DNA of 62,884 nucleotides, filler included, from Phoronis australis (taxonomy: Eukaryota > Animalia > Phoronida), in assembly GCA_002633005.1 (NCBI GenBank). It is 4 parts of 4 records of this genome, joined end to end, with 100 filler letters (N's around TTAATTAATTAA, not from the genome) between each part and the next. Parts side by side here need not be neighbours in the genome. Positions count along the whole stretch, not along the records: positions 1 to 21,223 come from NMRA01000726.1; positions 21,324 to 39,374 come from NMRA01001476.1; 2 more parts are not named here. One strand, written 5' to 3'. Below are positions 14,255-26,999 of the stretch, piece by piece. The notes under the pieces were generated by a model. The model did not search any database. It had not been told where the DNA came from and saw nothing but the letters and a program-made list of their open reading frames with translations. Numbering within the stretch: the stretch's first letter is position 1; each line of letters starts with the position of its first letter. The position numbers were made by a program, and so were the translations under genes.

Positions 14255-15447
14255 TGTAAAAAAAAACTATTTTTCCGACTATTGACTTTTCGGACGATAG
14301 ATCCCATTGTTTTCGTACTATAGACCCCTTGGACTATAGACAGCAATACATTTCTATTGACAGTTTTATTTTTTTCATATGAGAATGTTGCCAATCCATT
14401 CAGTTCAAGTGACAATGATACAGATGAAGGTAGAATTTGGTGCTTGTTTTCTCAGAGTAGGGAAACATGCAACTTCACATGGGTGAGTTATGAAGGTGTT
14501 ATGAGTTTAAGGAAAATATACTTATAAATTTTCGCAGATTCTACAAATTGTCGCATGGTTTCTATAATTTTATGTTCTTAAACTCGTGAGTTCGAGGTCC
14601 TAATGAATAACTACTTTGATTTAATACTTTCATAAGGTAACTACAGAGTCATTTTGATTCTTATTCCGCTAGCATAGAGACTGTTTTTCAGACTTATCAA
14701 GTAGCATTGTAAAACATTGCACATTTCGTTATTTGCAACAGTTGGCATCCCAACATATTTATTGTTTACTAGTTGAACCATTTAATGTAGCAGAATAACT
14801 TTCAAACTCATGTTAATGAAAATTTAGAAGACAGCTTTAAGTAAGCCAAACAAATGAAAACAAACGTAAAAGTGCAGCATAGATCACTGCATTTATAATT
14901 TGTTTCAGATGAAGAAATGAGGAGGTGCCGTTTTCGTCACAAGGTGTTCAGTTCTGCTAAAATAAGCAAGAGGTTTTCTGATAGATCGTCTGAAAGGTAT
15001 TTCATGTAACTAAAATTACTTGTTTTTCAAATTTTACCATGCAATTTCTATTTTAATTCAAAATTTATTTCTTGGTGATGCCCAGGATACGGTAATACCT
15101 GTTCAGCTATTATTTCTTTATTGTCTATACGAGATGTGCTGAAATGGGTTTGGTCGATCCTGTATTCCGAAGGACATTTGATAGTCTTCAAAGCAAAGGA
15201 ATTTTAGTTCGAAGGACTTTTAGTCTGAAAATGAATTGGGTGATGACACTGCATCAGAGCTTATAGAAGACTGCTGTTTTAGTACATTTGAGCGCAATTA
15301 AGAATTATTATGAATGCAAATGCTAAAGACTTTGTTTTGAAAATGCAGGGTTCTTTCCGGAATTTTTTCTTGCCATCCTAGTCCTGCCACCCACCAATCG
15401 TGGTCATGGCGATATAGTTATCTTACACTTTTTCATGCCTGCTGATC

Positions 15448-18400
15448 CAGTGCCGTAGGAAACGGGGGGGGGGGGGGGGGGCAGGAGGGGCACNGCACGG
15501 GCCCCCAAAAAAATTTTCAAGTGTCTGGGTTAAACCGTGGCAACCGATATAGGCGTGGTGCCGGGGACAGCCGAGAAAAGAAAGACTGCGAAAAACGGAT
15601 AAGAGAGAAAATTCAAGACAATATTAAACAAACCTGCATCAGTGCAGGGAGTACCTTTTGAGGACCCTGGCCAGGACGCTATCGTTATGGTCTTCGCTTT
15701 TGCATCACTGGTCGTCTAAACGCAAACATGTATTTCAAAAAATCGAGAAAATTTGTAAAGCGAAGCTTTTGCGGAGCGTACTAATTTACTAGATGTTTAA
15801 ATTCAGTAAGTCAATTTTGCAAATGCAAAACTATATTTTTCTAGAGGCCCCTCTCTGGCAAGGGATAACGGAGACAACCTTCGCTTTATACTTTTTTCTC
15901 GAAACTGTATATCGCTTGAGAAAAATTGATGACCTGACAGATAACAACAATTGTTGCGCACTTCCTGATATTTGAAAATATAGGTTTTTTCATATTTAGG
16001 AGTCCTCGCCCTTGAAGGAGGCCATTTATAACATTCAAGTGGCCACCTTTTTGTGTTTTTATTGACAAATTCTTTCGGGGCCGCTCACGGAGAGAGGGCC
16101 CAATGTTGTAATCGATTACCTCTATTTTCCTGTTTTTTGTGAAATTGTGATTTCATTTTTGAAGGAGGTCACTCTCTGCATCGTTTTGGGACCACACGAC
16201 GGTGAAATGAACTGTCACTTTTTTCCTAGCTTAATGATGTTTAGCCTTTCAACTTAAGGTGTCCCATTTCAGACGGTGCCCTCTCTCGGTGGAGTAGTTC
16301 AGGGTAAATTTCCCTTTGTCCCTCTACATACATGTATATCTGCGCGTGCACGACAGGTGCACACATGCACTAAGTCTGCGCGTGCACGACAGATGTACAC
16401 AATCAATTACTTTTGATAAATTTATTACAAATGACTCTTTAAATTAGATTAATTTCGACTATTTCTAAGAATGGTATGACATGTTGTAAGATATTGATAA
16501 GAATTAATATTAACGAATGGTGTAATATAAGACCTAAGTTTTTTCATCAGCCCTAGTAATTTATACGAATTCTTATCACTGACCAAAAACGATCCTAATC
16601 AGACTGATATATGTGAGCGATGATCAGTCTCATCAGAATTCATATCAACCAAAATGGAGGTGCAAGATTTTTACACAAGCATTAAGTTTAGAAAATATGA
16701 TTAAGACAGTGAAGAATACGAACGTTCAAGTTCGTTAAGACTGACGGTAAATATAAAGGGCAAAATTAAACCTATGAACTAGCAAGGAGCAATGTATAAT
16801 GCATACAGAAACATACAACAGTCAGGGCAAGGACTTCTGTGTACATCTTGAGTGGCGCACCTGTAGCTAGGATGGAGGGAGATTTGTCTCGGGCGGAACC
16901 CTCTCCGGAGGGGAGGAGGGGGGAGGGAGAGGCGACACAACAATTCGTGATGATCGGCACTAAACATTTTAGCATCAGAAATATTATATAGATTCATTCA
17001 AGTAAGTCAGGCAAACGCATTTTAATTAATAATGCACTGGTGCCACCTGCCGCCCCGAAGTGTTGTACCAGGTTCCAGTTCAATCCCGTCCTGCAGCCAT
17101 TCTATTACTGCTAATGAATTTCTGTAATTAGACACCAGTGCCCTAAAGTGTGAACATAAGCATAATAAGCAGCTGATGGTCATACTACCCAATGTCCATC
17201 AGCAACTGCTCATGTGATGTCATGGACATATATCAGCCTTCATAAATATACGTGTTTTACCAATCTTAATCCTTGTTTGTCTCCGTAAGCAGAGTTTTGA
17301 AATGGACGCTGATGTCGCCGGCCATTTTGAATGAGGCCCTAAAGTCGTGACCGACGTAAGACCACACAAATCAACTACATTGCTTGCAGTTACTCTAGAC
17401 GACATAAAATGCATTGCATCATGTATTAATTCAGTTTCAATTGAAATAAATTTTTATATGTTTTGCACCCAACTTTGATGTGCACAGAAGTTTTCAACGA
17501 GGTTGTTCACGTAAATTTTGAAGAACGTGAAAACCACTACTTGTAAATTACACAAAAGGACTATTTCCGATGGTTAGTTATAAAATAATGTTACTGTTTC
17601 CCTTAGTATCACAAGAATAGAATCTCTTTTGAACATGGTCACTATGAGTTGTTTTTAAGGAATTCCCACATGTGGAAAACATTGCTGTCTAGGCTACTAT
17701 TTATGATGATCGTGTACATGACGAAAGGGGTACTCAAAGAAATCTCGCAATCATAAACAAAGATTTCAACGTTTTTTGTCAGTGGAATTCAAGTTTACAT
17801 CGTGAACCGTTATAGGTACCTCTGAAAAAAAACCTTAATACGAATACCCTGCAAAAATTGCGCATAACATTCCTGTTTGATAAACAAATTCGTTGGTTTC
17901 TGATTTACTTGTTTATGTATCTACAAATATCGATAGATTCATAGATGATTTTTGACAGTTAGAAGCTAATCTTGTAAGAATTGGTGATAATTCAGTGAAT
18001 TTAATTGCTGCATGAAGTTGGAAAAACTCTGCCAATCCGATCCCCAAATAGTAAAGTACACTTAGACGATTTTTGCATATCTAAAATAACTCTCAAAGAC
18101 ATTGATGAAATTCGTACACACAAACCGTAGATAGAAAAAACATTTTAATATCCTCAAATATATAAAATTAAACTCATTTCTTGGAAAGGTTGTCTTCACA
18201 GTTCCTTGGTGTTTTTAGTTTCTAGTAGTATTGAGTAATGAATTTTTGTCCTTCAAAACTGAATTGATTGCTTTTCCTCAGCCACCAGAAACTGAACTAA
18301 CGGTCGTGTTTCAAATAGGGATTTTGAAACAGTCCCAAAGGCACTATAACAGGGACTTTGGGGCCTCAACTTTTCAAAAAACAAAAACTCTTTCGAAGAA

Positions 18401-18994
18401 AGACCATAATAAAATAAAGTTTTTCCGAAACTGGATCACAACAAAATGAATCTTCACCTTAGAACGAGCACAGACGGCCGGTACGAGCTAAGCTGCCTGT
18501 CTCAAGTGAATCATAGTTGTGCTGACCAGCACCTAGCTTTAGTTCATCGAAAATTTCGTATTTTCACACTCATTGGTATATCTCAGCTATAGCTACTTGA
18601 GACAGCTCCTCGCTACCGGTCAGTGTACTTGGCCCATTCTTTCGTGTTGGTTCACGGTTACACAACTCAGTCTTAATGGCTGGATCCCCGGGATTACCAT
18701 CCCACAGGCGGATCCAGGATTTTGAGTTGGGAGAGGGGGGGCAGGACAGAGTATTAGCAGTCATAAATTGGCACCTCCAAACTGACAAATGGAATCTGGG
18801 AGAATTTTCGGAGGGTCATGGCCTCTTGGCCCCCTAAATCCGACACTGTGTGGGAGATTCGGTACAGATATGGCCGCATTTGAAGGACGGGGCGAGAGTG
18901 GGGGGAGGTAGCGGAGGTGGTCGCGATGGGGGAGTTATTTGGCGACGTCGAAAGGTTTGTGCCCCCCATTATTTTTTGCCTTCCTACGGGCCTG
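15448..18994. mobile_element. Possible degenerate hAT-like DNA transposon (~3.5 kb)
   Basis: Ends CAGTGCCGTAGGAA (15448) and reverse-complement CAGGCCCGTAGGAA (18994), 12/14 match, with G/C-run subterminal regions; no 8-bp TSD found, so pairing of the two ends is uncertain. The right ~0.85 kb recurs inverted at 38404-39374. Confidence 0.4.
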
Positions 18995-20589
18995 TAATCA
19001 GGTATATTTCAACACTGTCTAGAATAAAGGTCCTTTGGTCTTGAGACCACAAACCTATAAAATGAAAGTAGTAATAAGAAAAACACAACTTAATTCAGAA
19101 AACCAAAAGGCTTAAAAGTCTTTCTGACTAACTCCCCGTTGGACTATCGAACTGCAGGAATACTAAAAGGGAACACACCAAACAGATTTGAACTACAAAG
19201 AAATCACAAAAGTATTATTGCTATTATAATTGTTAATGTTATATTATTGTTTGTGTAAGATAGTATATTTTAGTAAGAATGTAGGATCATACATGTACCT
19301 TACAGGAATGACAGCTTTCGCAATGTGTGTAAGGATACTTGTCAAATGATTAAAGTTCTACACTAAGAAGTTTGTAAAAAGTGTAAAAAAATCTTGAAAC
19401 TCAGTATATACCTGTCCGGCCTAAGTTAAATATAATATACAGAAAATTCTTGTAAATCACTAAAATTAACAGAAACTGTTTTATGACAGTTTTTACAATG
19501 CATGTATTATGAAATACAAAATCCTGCCTAATCTTCGAACTTTTATCATAGCAAAATGCATGTTTAAAAAATTCACTTTTATTTTCAGGTGATACACTGA
19601 TTAAATGTCACTATTATGGAGTCTGGAAAGTTCTAGGTTAAAGGAAAATTGACCAAGCTATGCAATGATGGTGAAAGTGATGATGACAATACGACAGTCT
19701 CCATGGAGGTGGGAAAAGAGTCATCGGGATGTGTTAGTGATGCTAAAAGTGATGATCACAGGACTTTTAATAAGGGCACAGCAAAGTTAACAGGATCTGC
19801 TCATAATTATATTTTTGTCTTAAGTTACATAGTGCCACCTCCGTTCCTTAGGGTCTTCATCATCACCATCATCACTTCAACCACAGCCTTTAAGAACCTG
19901 AGTTTTGTTAATTAGACAATACAGACAAATTGCACTGCAGTTTTTGCAGTTTAAACATCTTTAAAAATAACTGCTTTCAGTTATTGAGAATGGTAATCAA
20001 TCTGTATAAGCATTTTGTATGAAGAAGGCAAACACGATTTAATCTAAAACTATCACATTTTCTTTAATTACATTTGTAGTCTTAATTGTTACTAAAATGG
20101 TGGGAGTCTGAAATTGTGGTGACTGGAAGCCTGCTAAGATCCGTATGATGCGCAGGATGAAACTGTTAGTACATGTACACCACAAACATTGTTTCTATGG
20201 ATGTACATGTATCCTATGTTTTTGGTGCCCATCATTTGAATTTACAGATAATTTGGGTATTTAGAGTCCACTATGTGCCAGATCAATAAATGATTAAGTT
20301 TTCATCTGTGAGAGTTTTTATTGGTGAACTAAGCAAGAATGTTATTCTCAATGGTTTCAACGTGTTTATAGAAGAGTATTTTTATCGAAGGTATCAACGT
20401 ACACCGTAGAGCCTGACAGAGGTAATGTCATCTGCTTACGTTTCAGAATTATAAACATAAAAGGATCATACATTTTTAGGTTTTAAAGTGATAAAATCTG
20501 TTGTGGACACATACACGTTATTCCAATGGCCTTTGGAAGAGTGTATAGTTGGCATATCAAGACATTAACCGAGTGTAACATAAACATAG

Positions 20590-20904
20590 TTGCGGGGCTT
20601 TTATATTAGGTGGAAAACCAGGATATATGAAATACCGGGTCATATATCTAATGGGATATATAAAGTTGCGGGGTATATAGTGTATACACCCAATGGAACA
20701 TACATACCTGCGGGCTATATATTGTACTGGGGTATATACCTAGTGAGGTATATATAATTGCGGGATATATATTGCTCCGGGGCATATACCCAATGGGGCA
20801 TATACAGTTGCGGGCTATTTATTATATATATGCCCCGGAACAAGGTCTCAAAATTTTACCCCAATTCAATGTTTCAGATAATAACCCCATATCTGTATAC
20901 AAAC

Positions 20905-20940
<36 letters not shown>
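20590..20940 (+). repeat. Degenerate short tandem array (tatatagttgcggg / tacccaatgg motifs) ending in (TA)n
   Basis: Repeated ttgcggg..tatat and atacccaatgg motifs; (TA)n run at about 20907-20940. Confidence 0.6.
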
Positions 20941-20944
<4 letters not shown>

Positions 20945-20959
20945 CGTTTTATGTTTCAG

Positions 20960-21223
20960 GAGTCGCACCCCTCTGGAGCCTGGCCTGAAGTTGGTCATCA
21001 CCCTTCGCTTCTTGGCGACGGGGAATAGCTACAGATCCCTTGCTTATGACTTCCGGGTGGCACACAACAGCATTTCCATATTCGTGCCCGAAGTCTGTAC
21101 TGCTATCTACGAGGAATATAAAGGGGAGATGTTCACTATGCCCTCCACACAGGACGAGTGGAAAGCCGTTGCCTACCAGTTTGCAAAGCGATGGAACTTT
21201 CAGCATTGTTGTGGGGCGATTGA
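20960..21223 (+). mobile_element. PIF/Harbinger (HARBI1-like, DDE_Tnp_4) transposase fragment, cut by assembly gap
   Basis: Open frame RTPLEPGLKLVITLRFLATGNSYRSLAYDFRVAHNSISIFVPEVC...WKAVAYQFAKRWNFQHCCGAI(D), matching Harbinger motifs LxITLRxLATG and WNFPxCxGAIDGKH. Confidence 0.9.
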
Positions 21224-21323
21224 NNNNNNNNNNNNNNNNNNNNNNNNNNNNNNNNNNNNNNNNNNNNTTAATTAATTAANNNNNNNNNNNNNNNNNNNNN
21301 NNNNNNNNNNNNNNNNNNNNNNN
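21224..21323. other. Assembly gap with TTAATTAATTAA linker
   Basis: 100-bp N block with central 12-mer; identical blocks at 39375-39474 and 60413-60512. Confidence 0.98.
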
Positions 21324-23975
21324 TTCCGGCCTAGTTGTCCACCGAACTGGTCCTCGAGACTCAGAGTTTCAGTTCCCAGGGACTCGGCGGGGTTTGGTTA
21401 CCTCACTCAGCCCATATGAGTGCGGAGTACAGGGGCCCGGGTCTGGTTTGGTGTCTGATGCTGGTTCGGGACTGGAGCTTAGAGGATCAGCTAAGCCATG
21501 GGAACGTTTTCGCACGCATGTTAGCGTGTCAACGACCTCCTGAGAAAAAACAAATCGCTATGTAATGGCGCCATCTTGCACACTTTTTATCATTGCGACT
21601 CATTTAACAATTGAAGGCAACACTGACATATCTACGCTAATAGGGAAGACATATTGGTGGACGTAGTGGATAGATTACAGTGTTTTTATAAGTCATGTAC
21701 TTTAGACAGTTTGACATACACTTCGTAATTATGATGTCTCGACCTGCGGCGCATTACGCGCGGTCGATAAGTTGAGAGAGCAAAAATGAGGTATTTATAC
21801 AGCCTCGGGGATAGCACGAACAGAATAAGACAGATGCGAAACTCGCAATATGTAGAATTTCCGAATAAGCGCCACGGAAGCGTGTCAATGAATGTGCAAG
21901 CCTTAATTAGGAGGAAATTTCCCCCAAGACCAGAACCCATGTTCTAATCTCCGACCTCCGAATCGAAACTGAACGTTACATCTCGCCATTTTAGTTTGCT
22001 TAAAACAAAACTCTAACTTGACCTTTTACACTTATGGAATCAATGTCATAACGTTCCTCAACGTGATAGGGTNGTAGTAACTAAACTGATGAGAATAACA
22101 CCGTGTTCACATGAGAAATCCATAAGACAAATCATTCACCGTGATGATTTTTTGCACAGTCATCTACGTGTAATTATCAAATATAAAGAACTTTTTTACG
22201 TTTATTTTTAATTGTACCTCAAAAGAAACACCTTATTTGATTGACTTTAAAAGCAGGCGAGCAAAACGAGTACAGAACGATTACCATAGAAGACTGCCCA
22301 TAAAACACTGTAAGAAAGTCGCAGCATAGATTATAGACAACAGATTTGCAACTCCGACACTTTGTTCCGTGTTAACCAAGAGGAGGCGTCGCTATCCTAA
22401 ATTATCTGGAGCAGTTTCCGGTTAGTATATTTTGAAGGGAAATTCTAGCATATACTTTTCTGTCCAGTACAACAAAAATATAATAAATTCGGCATTGAAA
22501 CGCTGTTATAAAGTCTTCCAATAGTAGAATTGTTGGTATCGTGAGTAATTTGGCAATGGTTCTGGTAATGAACTACAAAATTCAAACTTCGGTGCCGACT
22601 GATTATGTCGTCTGCTTGCACAAAACATGTACTAGCAGCATAGTTGTTGGACAGTTTGTGATTCATTGTTCACATACTGAGAAAACTACGAAAGCATATT
22701 TGTTCACAAATTCCAAGGAGTACCTGTGAATGCAATAGATACTTGTATAACATTTTTGTTTTAGAAAAACATTAATTTTGTTCGGATTAAAAAATGCGCC
22801 GCTGCAACAATTTCACTGATTTAACCTTTATATGGTTATAATTCAACCGTTTCTCAAGTGAGCAGTTCTTCTGGGAAGTGTTAAGTTGCCCTTAAAACGG
22901 CCGTTGGTTGTACTATGCATGAGCCTTAGGACGTTAGGCATAGCGTGAAATGGTTCTTAAAAGAACCGTTGAATAATTCAACAAAATCACACAGTATACC
23001 GTGCTCACTCAATTACTGAAGGTGCTCTTCATTTAAGTTTTCATCAGGGAAGGTTGGATGAAAAGAGACAAGATCACAATATCGATGACAGTTGTAACAC
23101 CATTGTTACCGTTCACCAACGTTACAACGACCCCTGCCTCGTTCAGTTCTTGTTCATGGATCCACAGTAATCCTGAACCGCAGGGAATAAAGACATACAA
23201 CAAAGCGAATCAAATTTCGAGAATCCTCGCCTTCGCAGGATTTAATGTTGCTGTCGCCATACCGATATTCTTCCCCAACATCCATGTCGAAAATTGCGTT
23301 GCAAGTGATGGAAATTTTGTGTACTTTGTTTCTAAATTTTAACCGATTTTTCAAAAAGGGGGTGTACTGATTATGCCTAATGTTGATAGAGCACGACTTG
23401 TGGTTTTTGCAATGCATTAATCGTGTTGAATGCATATATATTAAGTGGCCTCATTGAGTTGAACAGAAAATAAATTAAACGTAACACACTGAAGTTTCGA
23501 AAATATAAATAGCAGTAACAGACTCCCTAAAATCAAGTGTGTTTTCGAAAGGTTTGCGCCCGTAGACATCGTTGTATAAAGATGTCTATGTTTGCGCCGT
23601 TCGTGGCTGGAAAGTGATAGACCCAGTTATTGTGCATGTGTACACTGTAGCAATGCTTTGTATCTTATTTTTATTTGGCTAGTCTGTTGATCAAGTAAGT
23701 TTTCTTATTTATACCCATATAGTGATTTGGTCGCAACTTGGGCTTCGTGGGTTCTACCATATTGGGGCTGGCCTAGGGACTCACGTTGTCTTTACTAAAG
23801 TTCTGGACGTTGAATTATTGTACAATGTATACACTACTGTACATTCTTTTAAACCTACTGCGTAGATCTTAAAAACAAATTAAGGCTCACGGCAATTCGA
23901 TTGAAACAGCTTCGAAACATTAAATTCTGTGTTATAACAGACAACGATAATTTATTTAGAAGTGCAAATACTTAC

Positions 23976-24110
23976 AGGTTCACCGTCCGCTCCTCTGGGT
24001 CCTTGGTTGCCAGTATCCCCGGGGTATCCTGAAGGTCCCCTGGGTCCGGCCAACCCGGGAATACCCTGTTTTCCTGTCTTTCCTACATTCCCGGTCTCAC
24101 CGCGTAAACC
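23976..24110 (-). CDS. Collagen triple-helix exon (135 nt, 15 Gly-X-Y triplets) of a type IV-like collagen gene
   Basis: GLRGETGNVGKTGKQGIPGLAGPRGPSGYPGDTGNQGPRGADGEP bounded by ttttcccag acceptor and gtaagt donor, phase 0-0. Confidence 0.93.
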
Positions 24111-25025
24111 CTGGGAAAAAATCAGGACGGCAATTACATTAGAGCACATTACATTGCATGTTACGCGTGATATTAACTCCTTCCGATTGCCAACTAGTAA
24201 AAGTAATAAAAATGGTGAAAGGAATTTTTTAGATTGTATTATGATACTGTCAATAATTAGACAAAAACAATGACAATTGCAATGACAAGGTCAAATGCGA
24301 TGGCGATGGCGATGGCGACGGCAAAGGCAATGATTATCATAATCACCATCATCACATCACCATCATTGTTGTTATTTGATTGTTATTGTTATTAACAATA
24401 TTATCATTACACTCAATAATCCTTATGCAAGAATGTCATGAGAATATACAGTGTATAGATACCACGCATCTGTCGTTAGGGGTTCAAAGTTACGTGGCAC
24501 GTCTCAGTACATCTTATAGCTCCGCCTATCTTTCAAAAGTTTCTGGAGGAAAAGCAACGACATTGCGATCGACTGATGCGTGTGGGGTCGCAAATGTTTG
24601 TTGTACTTTACTTATGCATTTATACCACATATTTAATTCATGATATTTTATCTTTTTACCCATACATGCTACTAGATTCTATTTTTTATATCTGGAAACA
24701 TGAGAGTTCGGAAGGCAATGAAACTTTCTAGACACGCGGCGAACACACACACGTACTTGCGTTTGCTCTTTCCGGGAATTTCCGCAACCTGACCTCCCAA
24801 ATGAACGGGCATAGGATTAAATTTAGCGTACTTTTGAAGTCACAATTATAATTTCTCAGGGCTCGTAGAGTTTCTAGAAATAAATATCGAATAGACGCGA
24901 GTCAGGCCAAAATAAGGTTTCGTCCACGTTTACAATCAGTCACTCAGCTAGTTATTTAGACGCCGGTTTTGTTCAGGTGTCATTTTATAGAATTTTACAA
25001 TTAAGGAAGCACCCATCATGACCTA

Positions 25026-25909
25026 TTTCACCCCCCTTTTGATATGTGGACGCATTATGGCGTCATCTTCGTTCGTCCAGCGTCCGTCCGTTCAGCGTCC
25101 GTTGGTTTATCTCCAAAACCCTTTGACGTACGTCCATGACATTTTACACACATGTTACTTTTATGGATGGGACGGCATGAGCGTACTTTCGGATGGATCC
25201 GACTACCAGTGTGCCACCTAGTGACAATTTTAGTTTTTTTACGTTTACCTCTATATCTTCAAATATCCTCAACGTATTTTCGTAAAATGTGGCATATAGG
25301 CATCTGTTAGTAAGATGACGCTACCCCCCCCCCGTTTTCGGATGGAATCGATGTAATTTGGGACACCTAGTGGCCATTTTTGCTGTTTTAGAGTCTGTTT
25401 TTTGGCGTCCACTCCTCTATCAACCAAACTGATCTAAGGATGATTGTGAAAATTGGCATATATGTTCTTACTACGAAGCTGACTATGATTTTCCGGCGAC
25501 TTCGACAGACTGTTGCGCCTCCTAGTGGTAGTTATATTTTGTTTTGCGCCCATTGCTGCATCTCTTAAACACACTGCAGAATCTTTATTAAATTTAGCAA
25601 TTATATTTATTTGAAGCTAGCAACAGACGACGACGTCTTTCAGGTGGATCCAATGAACGCTGTGCCCCGTAGTGGCAATTTCATTTTTTCCGTTTGTCTT
25701 TGTTTCTCTGAAGTTCCTCGACAGATTTTCATGAAATTTTTGTGGATAGATTTCTTTTAAAGATGCATTGGAATTATCACATTTTGAGATTGATTGGTCG
25801 TTTTTGCGCAATCTAGTGGTTATTTTTATGAAACAAATAAACAATCCTAGAAGAACCCCTTTTGCGGTGCATTCGCGGGCGCATTCCAACGCTCCGGGTT
25901 GCTCTTGTT
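25026..25909 (+). mobile_element. Helentron-associated (DINE-1/HINE-like) element with about five ~150-bp core repeats
   Basis: 5' ggacgcatta motif, (GTCC)-like microsatellite, cctagtg-type core motif at about 25217, 25366, 25521, 25667, 25812; 3' gggcgcat sub-TIR and ...ttgctcttgtt end. Confidence 0.75.
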
Positions 25910-26999
25910 CATTGATAAGCCGCCCGTTTCTCAGAGCACGTCCGGCCGCTATTTTGATAGTTGGGTACTAGAACTGCAAAAATGTACCGTTTTTCCCAAC
26001 ATAAGCCCTTGGGCTTACTTTCAAAAATTCTCCGTACTGACTAAACTTTAGTTTATAAATCTGTCTAAGTGTCGGAGTAATGACTCTTGTTAGTGCTTTG
26101 AGCAGTTCAACGCAAGGTCTCATTTGAAGTAGCGTTTATTCAGTCATATTTTGATCTTGTAAATATCATTTACATCACCGTCCCTATAAGATTAGCACCA
26201 CTGTCTTCCATTCATATCAGGTTATCGGTCTTCTTGGGGATGGATGCGACGGAGTGAATGGAAACCTGGATACGGTTTTGGAAGGATGTGCTTTTATTAC
26301 AGTATAGAATTACTTTTTAAGGTGCAGTCTTCCTTACCATAAAATCTAGAAATCTGATAGCCAAACAAGACTCCATAAATTCGAATTTTTCTAAACATAG
26401 CAGCATCGGTTTCATCATTCAAATGGACATAGGAAACAAGATTGAGATTTAGTTAAAGTCGTCAAATTGTAAATGGCTGTCCATCATTACGGTTTGGCTC
26501 GCCATAGTGCACAAGGTATGTGCTTGTGTTGAACAGAACCTTGAAGTCCAGTTTCCAAATAGGATCTTCCGACAGCTAAATGGAAGAAATGAGTTTTAAA
26601 AAAATATAAACTATGAACCTGAAGTTGCAGCCGATTCCGTTAGTCAAACGAAAAAGTTTCGTTCGTCCGTTGTAGCAAATTACCGACTGTAATTTTTGCT
26701 GGTACGACAACTTCAGTGTTAATAATTGATCTTAGTTTTTGTGTTATTAATTTCAACATTCACACAAGGGCACGCGTCCAGCACTGCACTTTGAACCAAG
26801 GAGTCTGACTCTGGAGCGCCGGTCATTTGATCCTCAAGTTACTATGAGAGGAGAAACTCGAAACATGATATACGTTGTTTTAAAATGATAAGCGCCTTGC
26901 AGTCTTTGTCTGGACTCTACACTAACGATCTGGTCTTTTCACCATTTCAGGTTATCATTCTACCAGTCTTTTATAAATCGATCATTCCGTTTCCCTTAA

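Noticed and set aside
21268-21279. TTAATTAATTAA palindromes embedded in N runs (also in gaps at 39375-39474 and 60413-60512)
   Set aside because: Identical artificial all-frame stop linker in fixed 100-bp gaps; not biological.
23058-23435. Opposing ~94-aa ORFs just downstream of the collagen exon
   Set aside because: No Gly-X-Y, NC1 or C1q-like motifs and no clear splice sites in any frame I read.
23962-24273. Pro/Gly-rich + strand ORF
   Set aside because: Antisense shadow of the collagen exon.
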